Positions 1 to 11,189 of a DNA stretch of 64,000 bases are shown piece by piece (positions within the stretch are counted from its first letter, which is position 1; each line of letters begins with the position of its first letter). The notes under the pieces are model-generated. The model was not told where the DNA came from. It saw only the letters and a list, made by a program, of their open reading frames with translations, and ran no database searches. The stretch lies in NCBI GenBank assembly GCA_963777505.1, contig CAVZQN010000001.1, positions 675,792 to 739,791 of the forward strand, in the 5' to 3' direction. The translations under genes and the position numbers were made by a program. The DNA is from an uncultured bacterium. Lineage in GTDB: Bacteria > Acidobacteriota > HRBIN11 > JAKEFK01.

Positions 1-74
1 TCAAGCGATTCCTTCGCAGCTAACGTGAACCAAAAGGCAGCAATGATGATGACAGTGAAAGCAGTTTTCTTCAT
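1..74 (-). CDS. N-terminus of a secreted protein, truncated by the window edge
   Basis: ATG at 74 preceded by GGAGG; reads MKKTAFTVIIIAAFWFTLAAKESL (signal-peptide-like) and runs off the window. Confidence 0.6.
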   Translation of the reverse strand, partial: MKKTAFTVIIIAAFWFTLAAKESL

Positions 75-97
75 TTTTTATTGCCCTCCAGGAGTTG

Positions 98-195
98 TGT
101 TTTGTAGTAAGGCACGCAGGCTCATGAGACAGTGCCGTTCTGGCTTTTTACGGCACTGCCTTGCATTCGCACGGCTGCGTGCGTTACTACAAACA
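98..195. repeat. Dispersed ~100-125 bp palindromic element, family A, copy 1
   Basis: TTTGTAGTAAGGCACGCAG...CAGTGCCGT...ACGGCACTG...CTGCGTGCGTTACTACAAA; homologous to 13387-13510 and 31291-31403. Confidence 0.85.
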
Positions 196-225
196 TAAGT
201 TAGACGAGATCATGACATCTTTGGT

Positions 226-2319
226 TTAACCTACCTGGATTAAACCAAAGCGATTGTTCCAGTATTTTTGGAAAAAGTCGTTAAGTACAGCAGGTTTATC
301 TCGAAATGCATCCATATAGCTGAAAGCTTCCTTCCTCGCAACTTCTAGAATTTTTTGATCCAGAATCAGATCAGCAACTCGAAATTTCGCCATGCCCGAT
401 TGTCTGGTCCCAGTTAATTCACCGGGTCCACGGATCTGTAAGTCGGTTTCTGCAATGCGAAAACCGTCAGTCGTACTGATCATAGCCTGAATCCTTTGTT
501 TAGCCTCCTGCGTTAACTTCGATACATTTGGAATTAAAAGATAAGAAAAAGATTGTTCTGAACCGCGTCCGACACGGCCTCTGAGTTGATGAAGCTGTGA
601 AAGCCCAAATCGTTCAGCATGTTCAATGACCATTATGCTTGCATTCGGCACATCGATACCGACTTCTATAACAGTAGTGGCAACCAGGATCTGAATCTTT
701 CGTTCTAGAAAATTGCGCATGAGAATTTCACGTTCAGCCGATGGGATCCCTCCATGAATTAATCCAAGAGATAAATCCGGATAGGCTTTATGAAGTTGAG
801 CGTAAAGTTGTTCAGCCGCCGAAAGCTGTAACTTTTCCGATTCTTCAATCAGCGGACATAACACATAAGCTTGTTTGCCGGCTTTTACATCCGCAGCAAT
901 TCTGCTGTAAAGCTCTGCTTTCTTTTTGATCTCAACACTTTTCGTGATGATTGGTTTCCGTCCTGGTGGCATTTCATCCAGAACAGAAGTTTCAAGGTCG
1001 CCATAAACTGTGAGCGCAAGAGATCGAGGAATCGGCGTTGCGGTCATAATCAGGCAGTCAGGCTGCTGTCCTTTCTGAAGCAGTCTTTCACGTTGTAACA
1101 CACCAAAACGGTGTTGTTCATCAATGATGACAAGCCCAAGACGATTAAACAAAACAGGATCCTGAATTAAAGCGTGTGTACCGATTACGAGATGGCATGC
1201 TCCACTGGCTACTTCTTCAAGAACTCCCGCACGTTCTTTGCGCTTTTGACCGCCGCGAAGTACACGTACTATATATGTAGTATTACTAAGGATTTGGCAG
1301 ATTTTACTAAAATGCTGCTCCGCGAGAAGCTCTGTTGGAGCCATGATTGCAACCTGTAACCCATTTTCGATAGCCACCATTGCGGCCATTAACGCTACAA
1401 TCGTTTTTCCGCTGCCAACATCTCCCTGCAAAAGCCTGTACATGACGACCTCGGCTTTCATGTCTTCTACAATTTCCCGGATCACTTTCTTTTGAGCTCC
1501 CGTAAGACGAAAAGGCAGCGCTTCTTTTATCTTGCGCCGGATCCGATCATCGATATCGATCCGGTGATCTTTCTTCGGCCTTGCTTTTCGCCGATATGCG
1601 AGACCAAGCTCCAAAAGATAGAACTCTTCGAAGATCAATCTACGATGTCCTTGCGAACGGCGAGCATCCAACTCATCGATCGTGATATCGGCTCCTGGAA
1701 AATGAAGCTGATTGAATGCAGTTTTGCGATCGACAAGACGATAGTGTTCACGAATTTTTTGTGACAATGGTTCACCGAATGCTCCAGGAGGAAGCGCTTC
1801 AAGACAGAAACGGATAATATAGCGAAGCATTTTCGGAGTAATTGTTCCAATTCTTTCGTAAACAGGACGCAGTTGAAGATATTCCGAAACTTCTTTTTCT
1901 TTCAGAAATTCGTACTGAGGGTCTTTGATTGCTGGACCGGATGAAATCGCCTCCATTTGAGCAATTCCATGCACAATCACTCTTTTCCCTTTTTCAAACT
2001 GGTCCTTTAGATAAGGTTGATTGAAGAAGCGCAACAAAGCAGAACCGGTTGTATCGCGGACCGTAACATCGAGAATTCGAAAACGCTGGCGGGATGTGAT
2101 GTGTAAGTTTACGCGAGAGACTGTTCCTGCAATCGTAATAGGCTGACCATTCTTTGCCTCGGATACTGTATTGAGATGCCGCCAATCTTCATAACGGAAC
2201 GGCAAATACCACAATAGCTCCTCGATTGTTCGTATCCCATGATCGCGCAAAACCTTTCCCCGTTTTTCGTTGATCAGCGGAGCGCTTTCGATGCTTGAAG
2301 ATAGCTGTAATGCTTTCAT
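226..2319 (-). CDS. recG: ATP-dependent DNA helicase RecG
   Basis: Wedge/OB domain, LQGDVGSGKT, DEQHRFGV, TATPIPRSL, QLRGRVGRG, DLQIRGPGE motifs. Confidence 0.97.
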   Translation of the reverse strand: MKALQLSSSIESAPLINEKRGKVLRDHGIRTIEELLWYLPFRYEDWRHLNTVSEAKNGQPITIAGTVSRVNLHITSRQRFRILDVTVRDTTGSALLRFFNQPYLKDQFEKGKRVIVHGIAQMEAISSGPAIKDPQYEFLKEKEVSEYLQLRPVYERIGTITPKMLRYIIRFCLEALPPGAFGEPLSQKIREHYRLVDRKTAFNQLHFPGADITIDELDARRSQGHRRLIFEEFYLLELGLAYRRKARPKKDHRIDIDDRIRRKIKEALPFRLTGAQKKVIREIVEDMKAEVVMYRLLQGDVGSGKTIVALMAAMVAIENGLQVAIMAPTELLAEQHFSKICQILSNTTYIVRVLRGGQKRKERAGVLEEVASGACHLVIGTHALIQDPVLFNRLGLVIIDEQHRFGVLQRERLLQKGQQPDCLIMTATPIPRSLALTVYGDLETSVLDEMPPGRKPIITKSVEIKKKAELYSRIAADVKAGKQAYVLCPLIEESEKLQLSAAEQLYAQLHKAYPDLSLGLIHGGIPSAEREILMRNFLERKIQILVATTVIEVGIDVPNASIMVIEHAERFGLSQLHQLRGRVGRGSEQSFSYLLIPNVSKLTQEAKQRIQAMISTTDGFRIAETDLQIRGPGELTGTRQSGMAKFRVADLILDQKILEVARKEAFSYMDAFRDKPAVLNDFFQKYWNNRFGLIQVG

Positions 2320-2356
2320 TCTCTTTATTGTAACTCTGCGTCTCTGTGGTTCAGAG

Positions 2357-4393
2357 CTAGTGGATGGGAAGTGAAGTTTTTTTCAATGAATATTTACGTA
2401 TCTTCTTTTGGAGTCCCTGCCTGGTTAAACCTAACTTTCGAGCCGTATAAGAAACATTCCAACCATTTTCTTCAAGGCTTTGCCTGATAATGTAGGATTC
2501 TACCGAAGAAATTTTGTCATGCAGCGATCCGCTTTGAACAGGGACGGAGACGGGCATATTTACGCCCGTTAACGATTTAGGAAGATGCAAAGGCTGAATG
2601 ATTTTGTCTGCTGTTAAGATCACAACGCGTTCAACAATATTCTCAAGTTCGCGCACATTGCCTGGCCAATCATAATCTTGAAGAACGCTGATTGCTTCCG
2701 GAGATATACGCTTTCCAGGCAGCTCGTTTGAAATACAAAATTTTTCGACAAAATAATTTACCAGTACGGGAACGTCTTCCTTTCTTTCACGCAAAGGAGG
2801 AATATAGAACGGCACGACATTGAGCCTGTAATATAAATCCTTTCTGAACTTTTTTTCGGCCACAAGACGTTCCATATCCTGATTTGTTGCGCAAATAATT
2901 CTGACATTTACCTTTCGATTCGGTTTATCTTCGCCAATCTTTTGAATTTCTCCATATTGAACTGCGCGCAAAAGAAGCGTTTGAAGTTTGATACTCATAT
3001 CGGCAACTTCATCGAGAAAAAGCGTCCCTTGATGTGCCAGTTCAAATTTTCCCATTTGATCTCGAATGGCGCCTGTAAATGAGCCTTTGACATGTCCGAA
3101 AAGTTCATTTGCAAGAATCTCTTCGGCCATTCCACCGCAGTTTACAGTGATGAAAGGCATGTCGCATCGTTTGCTATTGAAATGAATTGCGTGAGCGATC
3201 AATTCCTTCCCAACGCCGCTTTCCCCAAGAAGCATTACCGTTACATTGGATTGGGCTACCTTTTCAACGAACTGATCGACTTCTTGCATGATTTTACTTT
3301 TTCCAATGATCGTAATTTCTCCGCCTTTCAGTTTGATATATTCACCAAGCTGTGCCCGGCGCAGCAAAAACACCATTTCATCAATCAGTTTTTGCAAGGA
3401 TTGAACATGATCAATTGTGAAATGATTCAATCGTGTAGATTCCAAAAGTAGTACACCGATCCCACGGCCTTGAAAAATAATCGGGATCCCAAGATTCGAT
3501 TGAATATTACGGAATAATGTTACGTAATGGCGGTCTTTGGAGACATCACCGCAAATGTAAGGCGCCCTTGTGCGAAGGACTTCAAAAGAGATTCCGGAGC
3601 GTTGTCCCGCTGAATACTGTAATCGCGATGGAGGATTCTGAAAAAAATCACCTTTGCTTGCTAGCTGCTTGATAATGAGATCTCCAGTTGATTCCTCAAG
3701 TAAAAGGATGGTGCCATGGGCGGTTCCGGTTAATTCAAAAGCAAGTTGGAGAATATTTTTCAACAGTTGATCGAGTTGATTACTTTGAAGGGAATTCATG
3801 GAAAGAATCTTTGATGTCAGTTCATCGCGGAGTTGGTTCTCTTTTTCTAACGCTTCAAATCGTTGCATTGTTTTGATCAAGCGTGCAGTTTGAGAACAAA
3901 ATGCAAGAAGAAATGCCGCATCATCTTTGTTGAAGGCTTTTGCCTTATCAGATTCAATAACCAATATTCCGGTAACAGTCGTGGGAACTTTCGGTTCACC
4001 TGGTTCAGAACCCTTAACCGACACTGCAGTTTGCAATAGGGTTAAAGGGATATAGATTCCTGAGCGCGCACCGCGATAAAAAGGCAAATGGAAAGAAGAA
4101 TCCGAATAGTCCGTCACAATTTCATGATGACCTTCAAACGCAATTTCCTTGAATACAGGCTCCATTAAGGCAAGGAGAGTCGTTTTTCGGAGAAGATCGC
4201 GTTCGGTTTTTGCGCGTATATCCAGACATTCTTTTTCGTAGTCAATGAGCGCAAGCAGTCCGAAAGGAGCGTCTACTGCTTGCAAGCAAAATTCAAGAAC
4301 ACGATTCAGAAGTTCATTCAGGCTGGACATCGAATGAAGTTCAAGAATCAGAGGATAAATCTGCGCAATTCGATCGTCTTTGGTGACGGCCAT
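2357..4393 (-). CDS. Sigma-54-dependent activator (GAF-GAF-AAA+-Fis HTH)
   Basis: GESGVGKE Walker A, GSFTGA loop, FLDEV, WPGNVRELEN, C-terminal HTH; two N-terminal GAF-like segments. Confidence 0.92.
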   Translation of the reverse strand: MAVTKDDRIAQIYPLILELHSMSSLNELLNRVLEFCLQAVDAPFGLLALIDYEKECLDIRAKTERDLLRKTTLLALMEPVFKEIAFEGHHEIVTDYSDSSFHLPFYRGARSGIYIPLTLLQTAVSVKGSEPGEPKVPTTVTGILVIESDKAKAFNKDDAAFLLAFCSQTARLIKTMQRFEALEKENQLRDELTSKILSMNSLQSNQLDQLLKNILQLAFELTGTAHGTILLLEESTGDLIIKQLASKGDFFQNPPSRLQYSAGQRSGISFEVLRTRAPYICGDVSKDRHYVTLFRNIQSNLGIPIIFQGRGIGVLLLESTRLNHFTIDHVQSLQKLIDEMVFLLRRAQLGEYIKLKGGEITIIGKSKIMQEVDQFVEKVAQSNVTVMLLGESGVGKELIAHAIHFNSKRCDMPFITVNCGGMAEEILANELFGHVKGSFTGAIRDQMGKFELAHQGTLFLDEVADMSIKLQTLLLRAVQYGEIQKIGEDKPNRKVNVRIICATNQDMERLVAEKKFRKDLYYRLNVVPFYIPPLRERKEDVPVLVNYFVEKFCISNELPGKRISPEAISVLQDYDWPGNVRELENIVERVVILTADKIIQPLHLPKSLTGVNMPVSVPVQSGSLHDKISSVESYIIRQSLEENGWNVSYTARKLGLTRQGLQKKIRKYSLKKTSLPIH

Positions 4394-4454
4394 GGGTGAA
4401 GCCCCATATTAACATAGTCTTTGAGTCTTTGCGGTTCGTATTAAGATATGAGTT

Positions 4455-5642
4455 ATGGATTCACGAACCTTACTTAAGAAACTGGAAAAAACACTCGAAA
4501 AGATCGAGGAATCGCCCAACATCGCAACCATGCTTCATACAATCGTTGAGTCGATTGTTCAAGCTTTTCCCGAATTAGGAATTAAAGGCGGCCGCATTTA
4601 CGAACAAACAAACAGTCATTATCAATTAGTTTCGCAAGCAGGCGATTCACATGTTCCTCCGGATTATTCAATCTCGATGGACTATTACGCCATTCAAAAG
4701 CTCCGGAGTGAAGGCCAGGTATTTATGTGCCCGACGGATGAAGGATACGATCCAAAAATTGAAGGACCACTTGGGATGGAATGTTTTGCTGCGATCAGTT
4801 TGGGTGAACATGATGAGTGGTTCATTTCATTCTCACTGATTGAGCCGATCGATGAACAAAATGTTCATTACATGCTGACAAGTATTTATTTTGTTGCCAA
4901 TCTGAAAATCCGCACCAAAAGGCTTGAAACGTACATTGCGGAAGCGCGAAAAATTCAAATGAGCTTGCTTCCAACTGAGTTTCCACAATTCTATGATTTC
5001 GATATTTACGGCAGAAGTATGCCTGCGGCAATTGTTGGTGGCGACATCTTTGATTCGATTCCGATCTCTGAAACAATTCTTGGTCTTGCAATTGCCGATG
5101 CAAGCGGTCATGGACTTCCGGCTGCGCTTCAAGTCCGCGATGTGTTTATAGGATTAAGAATGGGACTTGAAAAGGATCTAAAGATTGTTCGGACGGTACA
5201 AAAGTTGAATTCTGTTCTTTCAGCTGCTGGCAAAAGCCATGAATTTGTCACACTTTTCTATGCCGAACTTGAAGATAATGGCAACTTTTTTTATGTAAAT
5301 GCCGGCCATCCCCCTCCAATTTTTTTTGGCAACACTACAGTTCACGAACTCACACGTGGCGGACTCATTCTTGGACCTTACCCGAGTGCGAAATATGAAC
5401 GCGGATTCGTCTTCTTTGAAAAAGGGAACACTCTTGTCATGTATACAGATGGTGTAACAGAAGCCACAAATACTGTCGGAGAAGAATTCGGAACAGAAAA
5501 ATTGACTGATCTCATTCAGAAAAATCGGGATGCCACTAGCAAAGAACTTGTCGATATTATCTTTCAAGAAATTGACAAATTCACAAATTCCTATACGCCT
5601 GCCGATGATCGAACGCTTTTTGTAGTGCGCAAAACTCGTTAA
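4455..5642 (+). CDS. PP2C/SpoIIE (RsbU-like) serine phosphatase
   Basis: VGGDIFD, IADASGHG, NAGHPPP, YTDGVTEA, DDRT motifs. Confidence 0.92.
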   Translation: MDSRTLLKKLEKTLEKIEESPNIATMLHTIVESIVQAFPELGIKGGRIYEQTNSHYQLVSQAGDSHVPPDYSISMDYYAIQKLRSEGQVFMCPTDEGYDPKIEGPLGMECFAAISLGEHDEWFISFSLIEPIDEQNVHYMLTSIYFVANLKIRTKRLETYIAEARKIQMSLLPTEFPQFYDFDIYGRSMPAAIVGGDIFDSIPISETILGLAIADASGHGLPAALQVRDVFIGLRMGLEKDLKIVRTVQKLNSVLSAAGKSHEFVTLFYAELEDNGNFFYVNAGHPPPIFFGNTTVHELTRGGLILGPYPSAKYERGFVFFEKGNTLVMYTDGVTEATNTVGEEFGTEKLTDLIQKNRDATSKELVDIIFQEIDKFTNSYTPADDRTLFVVRKTR

Positions 5643-5994
5643 CTCAATCGCACCACAAAGTCGCAAGAGCACTTGCAATTTTTCATCGTCGAAACAAACT
5701 TTTAATCTAGCTGAAAACGAGCCATGATCCACGATTTGCACGCTGTTCACGAGAAATTCACAGAACCTGTGGAAAACTGTGAAATTGCAGGATGATGAAA
5801 GATACTAACTGTAACGCGGGCAAGGACTTATGCGTGATGCTCAAAAATGATGCGTTCAGATTTCGAGGTACTCCACAATTGATGGTGGGCGGCAATTGAA
5901 TTAAACACAAGATAACCGTATCATAGAGGACAATGGGGTAGGAGAATTGCACTCACAGCTTAAACTTTCAAACCGAACGATCAAGGGCGGGAAC

Positions 5995-6381
5995 ATGCGA
6001 CATAAAAATGATTCCACCAAACGGTTTTTAGAAGAACTTTCCACTGTGAATGAGTCCGTGCCAATTATCGTTGAGGGCTCCCGCGATGTTCAAACGCTGA
6101 GAGCGTTAGGAATTCGCGGCCGCATCGTAACAGTTCATTCAGGCAGAAGCATTCAGCAGTTTTGCGATGAATATTCGGAAGAATATGGCGAAGCTGTCAT
6201 ATTGACAGATTGGGATTCGCGAGGAAACCAAATCTTTTCAATGCTGACACGTTTTCTTGAAGCTGATTGGGAACGTTACAATCATTTTCGGGAACGATTA
6301 ATGCATCTTGCTGGAAGCTCCTTTCGTGAAGTTGAAAGGATGCTTGTTTGGGAGCATCTTGCGCTTTCGAATCCAGCATGA
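5995..6381 (+). CDS. Small stand-alone Toprim-domain protein
   Basis: IIVEGSRD and ILTDWDSRG Toprim motifs; ATG at 5995 chosen as start. Confidence 0.8.
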   Translation: MRHKNDSTKRFLEELSTVNESVPIIVEGSRDVQTLRALGIRGRIVTVHSGRSIQQFCDEYSEEYGEAVILTDWDSRGNQIFSMLTRFLEADWERYNHFRERLMHLAGSSFREVERMLVWEHLALSNPA

Positions 6382-6896
6382 GCATTCTGACTCATGATGA
6401 GATTTTAAAGGAAATAAAGTCAGGCGCGATCAGAATCGAGCCATACCATCCGGAATGCGTAGGCCCGGCTAGTGTAGATCTTCATCTGGGAAAGGAATTT
6501 CGTGTATTCCGCAAAGTTCATGATGTCGTTCGCGTAACTCCTGATTCAAATTACGAAGAAATCACCGAACGGATATTGGTCGATGATCATCTTCTTTTAA
6601 TGCCTCAGGAAACTGTTCTGGGAATTACCGAAGAAAAGATTACGTTGTCATCAAACTTATGTGGATGGCTCGAAGGACGTAGCCGTTTTTCAAGACTTGG
6701 TTTGCTTGTGCATATTTCCGCAAGTTTCATGCAGCCTGGAATTGCAAACAAACAAGTGCTGGAAATCAGTAATCAATCACCGATGCCACTTGCGTTATAT
6801 CCAGGCATAGCAATCTGCCAATTTATTTTTCAACGAACGATTGGTGAAGCAACGTATCAAGGTAAATTTAAAAATCAAAAGGAAGGAAACTTCTAG
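6378..6896 (+). CDS. dcd: dCTP deaminase
   Basis: GPASVDLHLG, GRSRFSRLGL, LEISN, ICQFIF; ATGA overlap with the Toprim gene. Confidence 0.9.
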   Translation: MSILTHDEILKEIKSGAIRIEPYHPECVGPASVDLHLGKEFRVFRKVHDVVRVTPDSNYEEITERILVDDHLLLMPQETVLGITEEKITLSSNLCGWLEGRSRFSRLGLLVHISASFMQPGIANKQVLEISNQSPMPLALYPGIAICQFIFQRTIGEATYQGKFKNQKEGNF

Positions 6897-6914
6897 GTCT
6901 CGGCGCCTCTGCGG

Positions 6915-7878
6915 TTAATCTGTTCGCCAGTTATCAGGCAAATCTAAAACGATCGCTTCAGGCGATTGTTCAGCAAGATTATCGAACGTTAAAACAACCC
7001 GTTTCCCCGCCTCATACCAACCTAATCCTTCCCAATTCATGGTCTTTAGATGATCAGGGATTTTGCTTTTCAGATCGAATGGTTCGCCGAATCGTTTTCC
7101 TGCCTGATCAAAACGCTGAAGCCAAAGATAACGATATTCGCGTACTGGTAGCCCATTTTGTGAAGACAACAATACAATGAATCCCCATTCAATGGTGTCA
7201 TCTTCTTTCGGAAGACGGCTCCAAACAAGATCCGGCGCGCGAAATCGTTGCGCTTCCGGTTCAGACCCAGAAAATTCGAAAACTTGCAGTTCCAAAATCT
7301 TCAAATCCTTCGTTTTGAAGGTTAGATTTTTTTCATTGGATTGAATGTTACTAAGAATGACCAGAGGTTTGAATGCTATTTTTCTAACTGACTCTTTCAG
7401 TTGATATGGAATTTTTTCCGCTTCAGGATATCCACCTTCCCAAACGAGTGCTACATTGGATGAACCGTCATCGTTTTTGCGAACAGTTACGCCTTCTAAA
7501 CCGATCCCACCGAATTCAGTAAACGATTCCGGGTATTGAGCCACCATTCCTGTTTCACTGATGAGTGAAAACAAAGTTTCAGAAAGAACGACCACCCGGC
7601 CGTCTGCGAGAACATTGATCCCTTCCAGGTCGAGTGCGACTGCAGTTTCACCGAGGACTCTCTTTTCCAGCTTTTCAGGAAGCAATGCAATTCGAAACTC
7701 ATTTTCATCATTGAGCGGGAAGCGGAAATAGGAACCAGGCACTTTGTCCGCAGCAATGAGCAGACGTATTTCCGTCGCGAACGATTCCTGAAGCTCCAAC
7801 TAAAATTGGATCGAGAGCGGCGTGAGAAAAGCGCAGAGTCAAACAAACTAGAAGTAGAGAAAGTAGAAGCCGTTTCAT
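6915..7878 (-). CDS. Secreted hypothetical protein (possible beta-propeller), apparent frameshift near 7765
   Basis: ATG at 7878 gives signal peptide MKRLLLSLLLVCLTLRFSHAA; removing one base joins it to the 6915..7799 frame; repeated LEG/WEG motifs. Confidence 0.65.
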
Positions 7879-7902
7879 TTAAGAACTAACGCGTGGTGAT
7901 AT

Positions 7903-9549
7903 TTAATCGAGCATCGGAATCTTTATGTTTTTTTCAGTTGCGACAGACTTCGCTTCATCATAACCTGCATCAACATGGCGAATGACACCCATTCCTGGAT
8001 CGCATGTCAAAACGCGCGAAAGGCGTCGCGATGCCGCATCTGACCCATCAGCAACAATGACCATCCCTGCATGCAATGATTGTCCGATTCCAACACCGCC
8101 GCCATGATGATACGAAACCCATGTAGCTCCTGAAACTGCATTCAGTAAGGCGTTTAAAATTGGCCAATCGGCAATTGCATCACTTCCATCTTTCATCCCT
8201 TCCGTTTCACGCCGCGGCGATGCAACAGAACCACAATCTAAATGATCCCTCCCGATAACAATCGGAGCACTGACTTCTCCTTTTTTTACAAGATGATTGA
8301 TTCTCTCGCCAAATTCTGCACGCTCACCATAGCCAAGCCAGCAAATCCGCGCAGGCAATCCTTGAAACTGAACCCGTTCGTTAGCAAGTTTGATCCAACG
8401 AGCGAGTGATTCATTCTTTGGAAACGTTTCAAGAATCGCACGGTCGGTGCGATGAATATCTGAAGGTTCACCCGATAATGCAACCCAACGGAATGGTCCT
8501 TTGCCTTCACAAAAAAGTGGACGAATATAAGCATGAACAAAACCAGGAAAATCGAATGCCTGTTTTTCTCCGTTTTGAAATGCCATTCCACGAATGTTAT
8601 TGCCATAATCGAATACAACTGAGCCACGCTTTTGCAATTCCAGCATGGCTCGCACTTGTTCTGTCATTGCTTCCATCGAACGGCGAATGTATTCCTTCGG
8701 ATTTTTTTGTTTTAGCACCGCAGGATCTTCATCAGGCAAATTATTTGGAACATAGCCATTGAGCGGATCATGAGCGGACGTTTGATCGGTGACTATATCC
8801 GGAATAACATCGCGACGAACAAGTTCCGGAAATATATCTGCGGCATTGGCCTGTAGACCGACCGAAATCGCTTTGCCTTGTTTTCGTGATTCATCGATCA
8901 GTGAGAGCGCTTCATCCAACGTACCTGTAACAACATCTAGATAGCGTGTCTGCAAGCGGCGTTGAATGCGATTTCCATCAACTTCTATGCAAAGGATTGT
9001 TCCTTCATTCATTGTTACAGCCAGGGGCTGAGCACCACCCATACCCCCTAAGCCAGCAGTTAGAACAAAACGGCCTCGCAGCGTTCCACCAAAATGGCGG
9101 CGCGCAATTTCCGCAAAAGTCTCATATGTCCCCTGCAAAATGCCCTGAGTACCAATGTAAATCCAACTTCCGGCTGTCATCTGCCCATACATGATTAAGC
9201 CCATCGCTTCCAACCGCCAGAATTCTTCCCATGTTGCCCACGCAGGTACAAGGTTGGAATTAGCAATCAAAACGCGCGGAGCATCTTCATGTGTACGAAA
9301 GATTCCCACCGGTTTTCCAGACTGGACTAACAAAGTTTCATCTGAATCGAGGTCCCGAAGACTTCGCACAATCGCTTCGAAACAATCCCAGTTGCGCGCC
9401 GCTTTGCCAGATCCCCCGTATACGATCAATTCTTCCGGCTTTTCGGCGATATCAGGATCCAGATTATTCATTAACATTCGCAATGCGGCTTCTTGAAGCC
9501 AACCTTTACAGCTAATTGTCGATCCTCGGGGCGCTCTCACTGTTCTCAT
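7903..9549 (-). CDS. hutU: Urocanate hydratase
   Basis: [44 protein letters not shown]; start at MRTVRAPRG. Confidence 0.97.
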   Translation of the reverse strand: MRTVRAPRGSTISCKGWLQEAALRMLMNNLDPDIAEKPEELIVYGGSGKAARNWDCFEAIVRSLRDLDSDETLLVQSGKPVGIFRTHEDAPRVLIANSNLVPAWATWEEFWRLEAMGLIMYGQMTAGSWIYIGTQGILQGTYETFAEIARRHFGGTLRGRFVLTAGLGGMGGAQPLAVTMNEGTILCIEVDGNRIQRRLQTRYLDVVTGTLDEALSLIDESRKQGKAISVGLQANAADIFPELVRRDVIPDIVTDQTSAHDPLNGYVPNNLPDEDPAVLKQKNPKEYIRRSMEAMTEQVRAMLELQKRGSVVFDYGNNIRGMAFQNGEKQAFDFPGFVHAYIRPLFCEGKGPFRWVALSGEPSDIHRTDRAILETFPKNESLARWIKLANERVQFQGLPARICWLGYGERAEFGERINHLVKKGEVSAPIVIGRDHLDCGSVASPRRETEGMKDGSDAIADWPILNALLNAVSGATWVSYHHGGGVGIGQSLHAGMVIVADGSDAASRRLSRVLTCDPGMGVIRHVDAGYDEAKSVATEKNIKIPMLD

Positions 9550-9613
9550 GAAGGCTATTTTAGTACACAAAAGTAAATTGTTAACTCTGTGTCTTTGTGG
9601 TGAAATTGAATCC

Positions 9614-11143
9614 ATGAAAGTTGTTATTGATGGAAATCATTTATCTATCCCAGACATTGCAGCGGTTGCCCGCGATGATGCGGAAGTATCCATTGCTCCC
9701 GAAGCAATGGATCGCATGATTCAATCGCGTAAAGTCATTGATCAAATTTTAGAAACGAATCAAGCCGTGTATGGAGTGAATACTGGATTCGGCAAACTTG
9801 CTGATGTTCGAATTCCAGCGCATCAGGTCAATGAACTTCAACTGAATTTGATCCGCAGTCATGCTGCCGGAGTCGGCAATCCATTTTCTGTTGTTGTTAC
9901 GCGCGCTATTATGCTTTTGCGCGCGAATGTTTTAGCAAAAGGAAATTCAGGAATTCGTCCGAAGGTTGTTCAGCTTCTAACAGACATGCTGAACAAACGA
10001 ATACATCCCGTGATTCCGGAGAAAGGTTCAGTAGGAGCGAGCGGAGATCTTGCACCGCTGGCACATCTGGCGCTTGTTCTTATCGGCGAAGGGAATGCTT
10101 TTAGCGGTTCATCGATTCTTCCAGGCAAACAAGCTCTTTCAGAAAGAGGATTAAATCCGGTTGTGTTGCAGGCGAAGGAAGGTCTGGCCTTAATCAACGG
10201 AACACAAGCGATGACTGGAGTTGGTGCTTTGTGCTGGCTTGATTTATTCAGGATAGCGCGAATCGCAGATGCTGCAGGCGCATTATCTGTTGATGTCATG
10301 CGCGGGACTGATGATGCATTTGACGAACGGATCGTTAATGTACGTCCGCATGCCGGCGCTATTACTGTTGCTCGAAATTTAAGAGATTTGATGCGCGGCA
10401 GCAGGATTCGCGAATCGCATCGACAATCCGCACACAAAGTGCAGGATCATTACTCGCTACGTTGTATGCCGCAAGTTCATGGAGTCGTGCGCGATACTCT
10501 GCAAACAATAGAACGATGGATCCAAATTGAAATCAATGCAGCGACCGATAATCCACTGGTTTTTCCGGAGGATCATGCTTTGATCAGCGGAGGGAATTTT
10601 CACGGCGCTCCAATGTCAATCGGCTTCGATTTTCTCAGCATTGCGGCCACACAACTTGCAAGCATTTCAGAACGCCGCACTGCCCTTCTGGTTGATCCTT
10701 CTCAAAGTGATTTACCTGCTTTCCTGATGCAAGAAGCCGGTTTGAATTCAGGGTTTATGATGGCACAGGTTACGGCTGCAGCCCTTGTCTCCGAAAATAA
10801 AATTCTGGCACATCCCGCAAGCGCTGATACGATTCCAACTTCTGCTAACAAAGAAGACCACGTTAGCATGGGAGTTACGTCTGCACTGAAGTTGCAACAA
10901 ATTATTCAAAACACCGCATACGTTGTTGCCATTGAATTACTTTGTGCCGCACAAGCTGCTGATTTGCTCGCGCCGCTAAAAACTTCTGAATCCCTGCAGA
11001 TTTTACATCAACGGATTCGCTCTTATGTTCCCAAAATGGAAAAAGACCGCGTCCTATCAGAAGATATTGCATCGATTGTCCGCATCATGGAAACCAATTC
11101 GTTCTTGCGCGACATCGAAACCGAACTCGGACACCCACTCTGA
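9614..11143 (+). CDS. hutH: Histidine ammonia-lyase
   Basis: [12 protein letters not shown]-forming [25 protein letters not shown]; divergent from hutU. Confidence 0.96.
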   Translation: MKVVIDGNHLSIPDIAAVARDDAEVSIAPEAMDRMIQSRKVIDQILETNQAVYGVNTGFGKLADVRIPAHQVNELQLNLIRSHAAGVGNPFSVVVTRAIMLLRANVLAKGNSGIRPKVVQLLTDMLNKRIHPVIPEKGSVGASGDLAPLAHLALVLIGEGNAFSGSSILPGKQALSERGLNPVVLQAKEGLALINGTQAMTGVGALCWLDLFRIARIADAAGALSVDVMRGTDDAFDERIVNVRPHAGAITVARNLRDLMRGSRIRESHRQSAHKVQDHYSLRCMPQVHGVVRDTLQTIERWIQIEINAATDNPLVFPEDHALISGGNFHGAPMSIGFDFLSIAATQLASISERRTALLVDPSQSDLPAFLMQEAGLNSGFMMAQVTAAALVSENKILAHPASADTIPTSANKEDHVSMGVTSALKLQQIIQNTAYVVAIELLCAAQAADLLAPLKTSESLQILHQRIRSYVPKMEKDRVLSEDIASIVRIMETNSFLRDIETELGHPL

Positions 11144-11189
11144 GTCTTTGCGGTAAAAATTGAATCAGGTTTGATACAATAACAACGCT

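Noticed and set aside
5220-5952. Minus-strand ORFs 5220..5750 and 5758..5952
   Set aside because: The first is mostly antisense to the phosphatase gene; neither has an RBS or recognisable motifs
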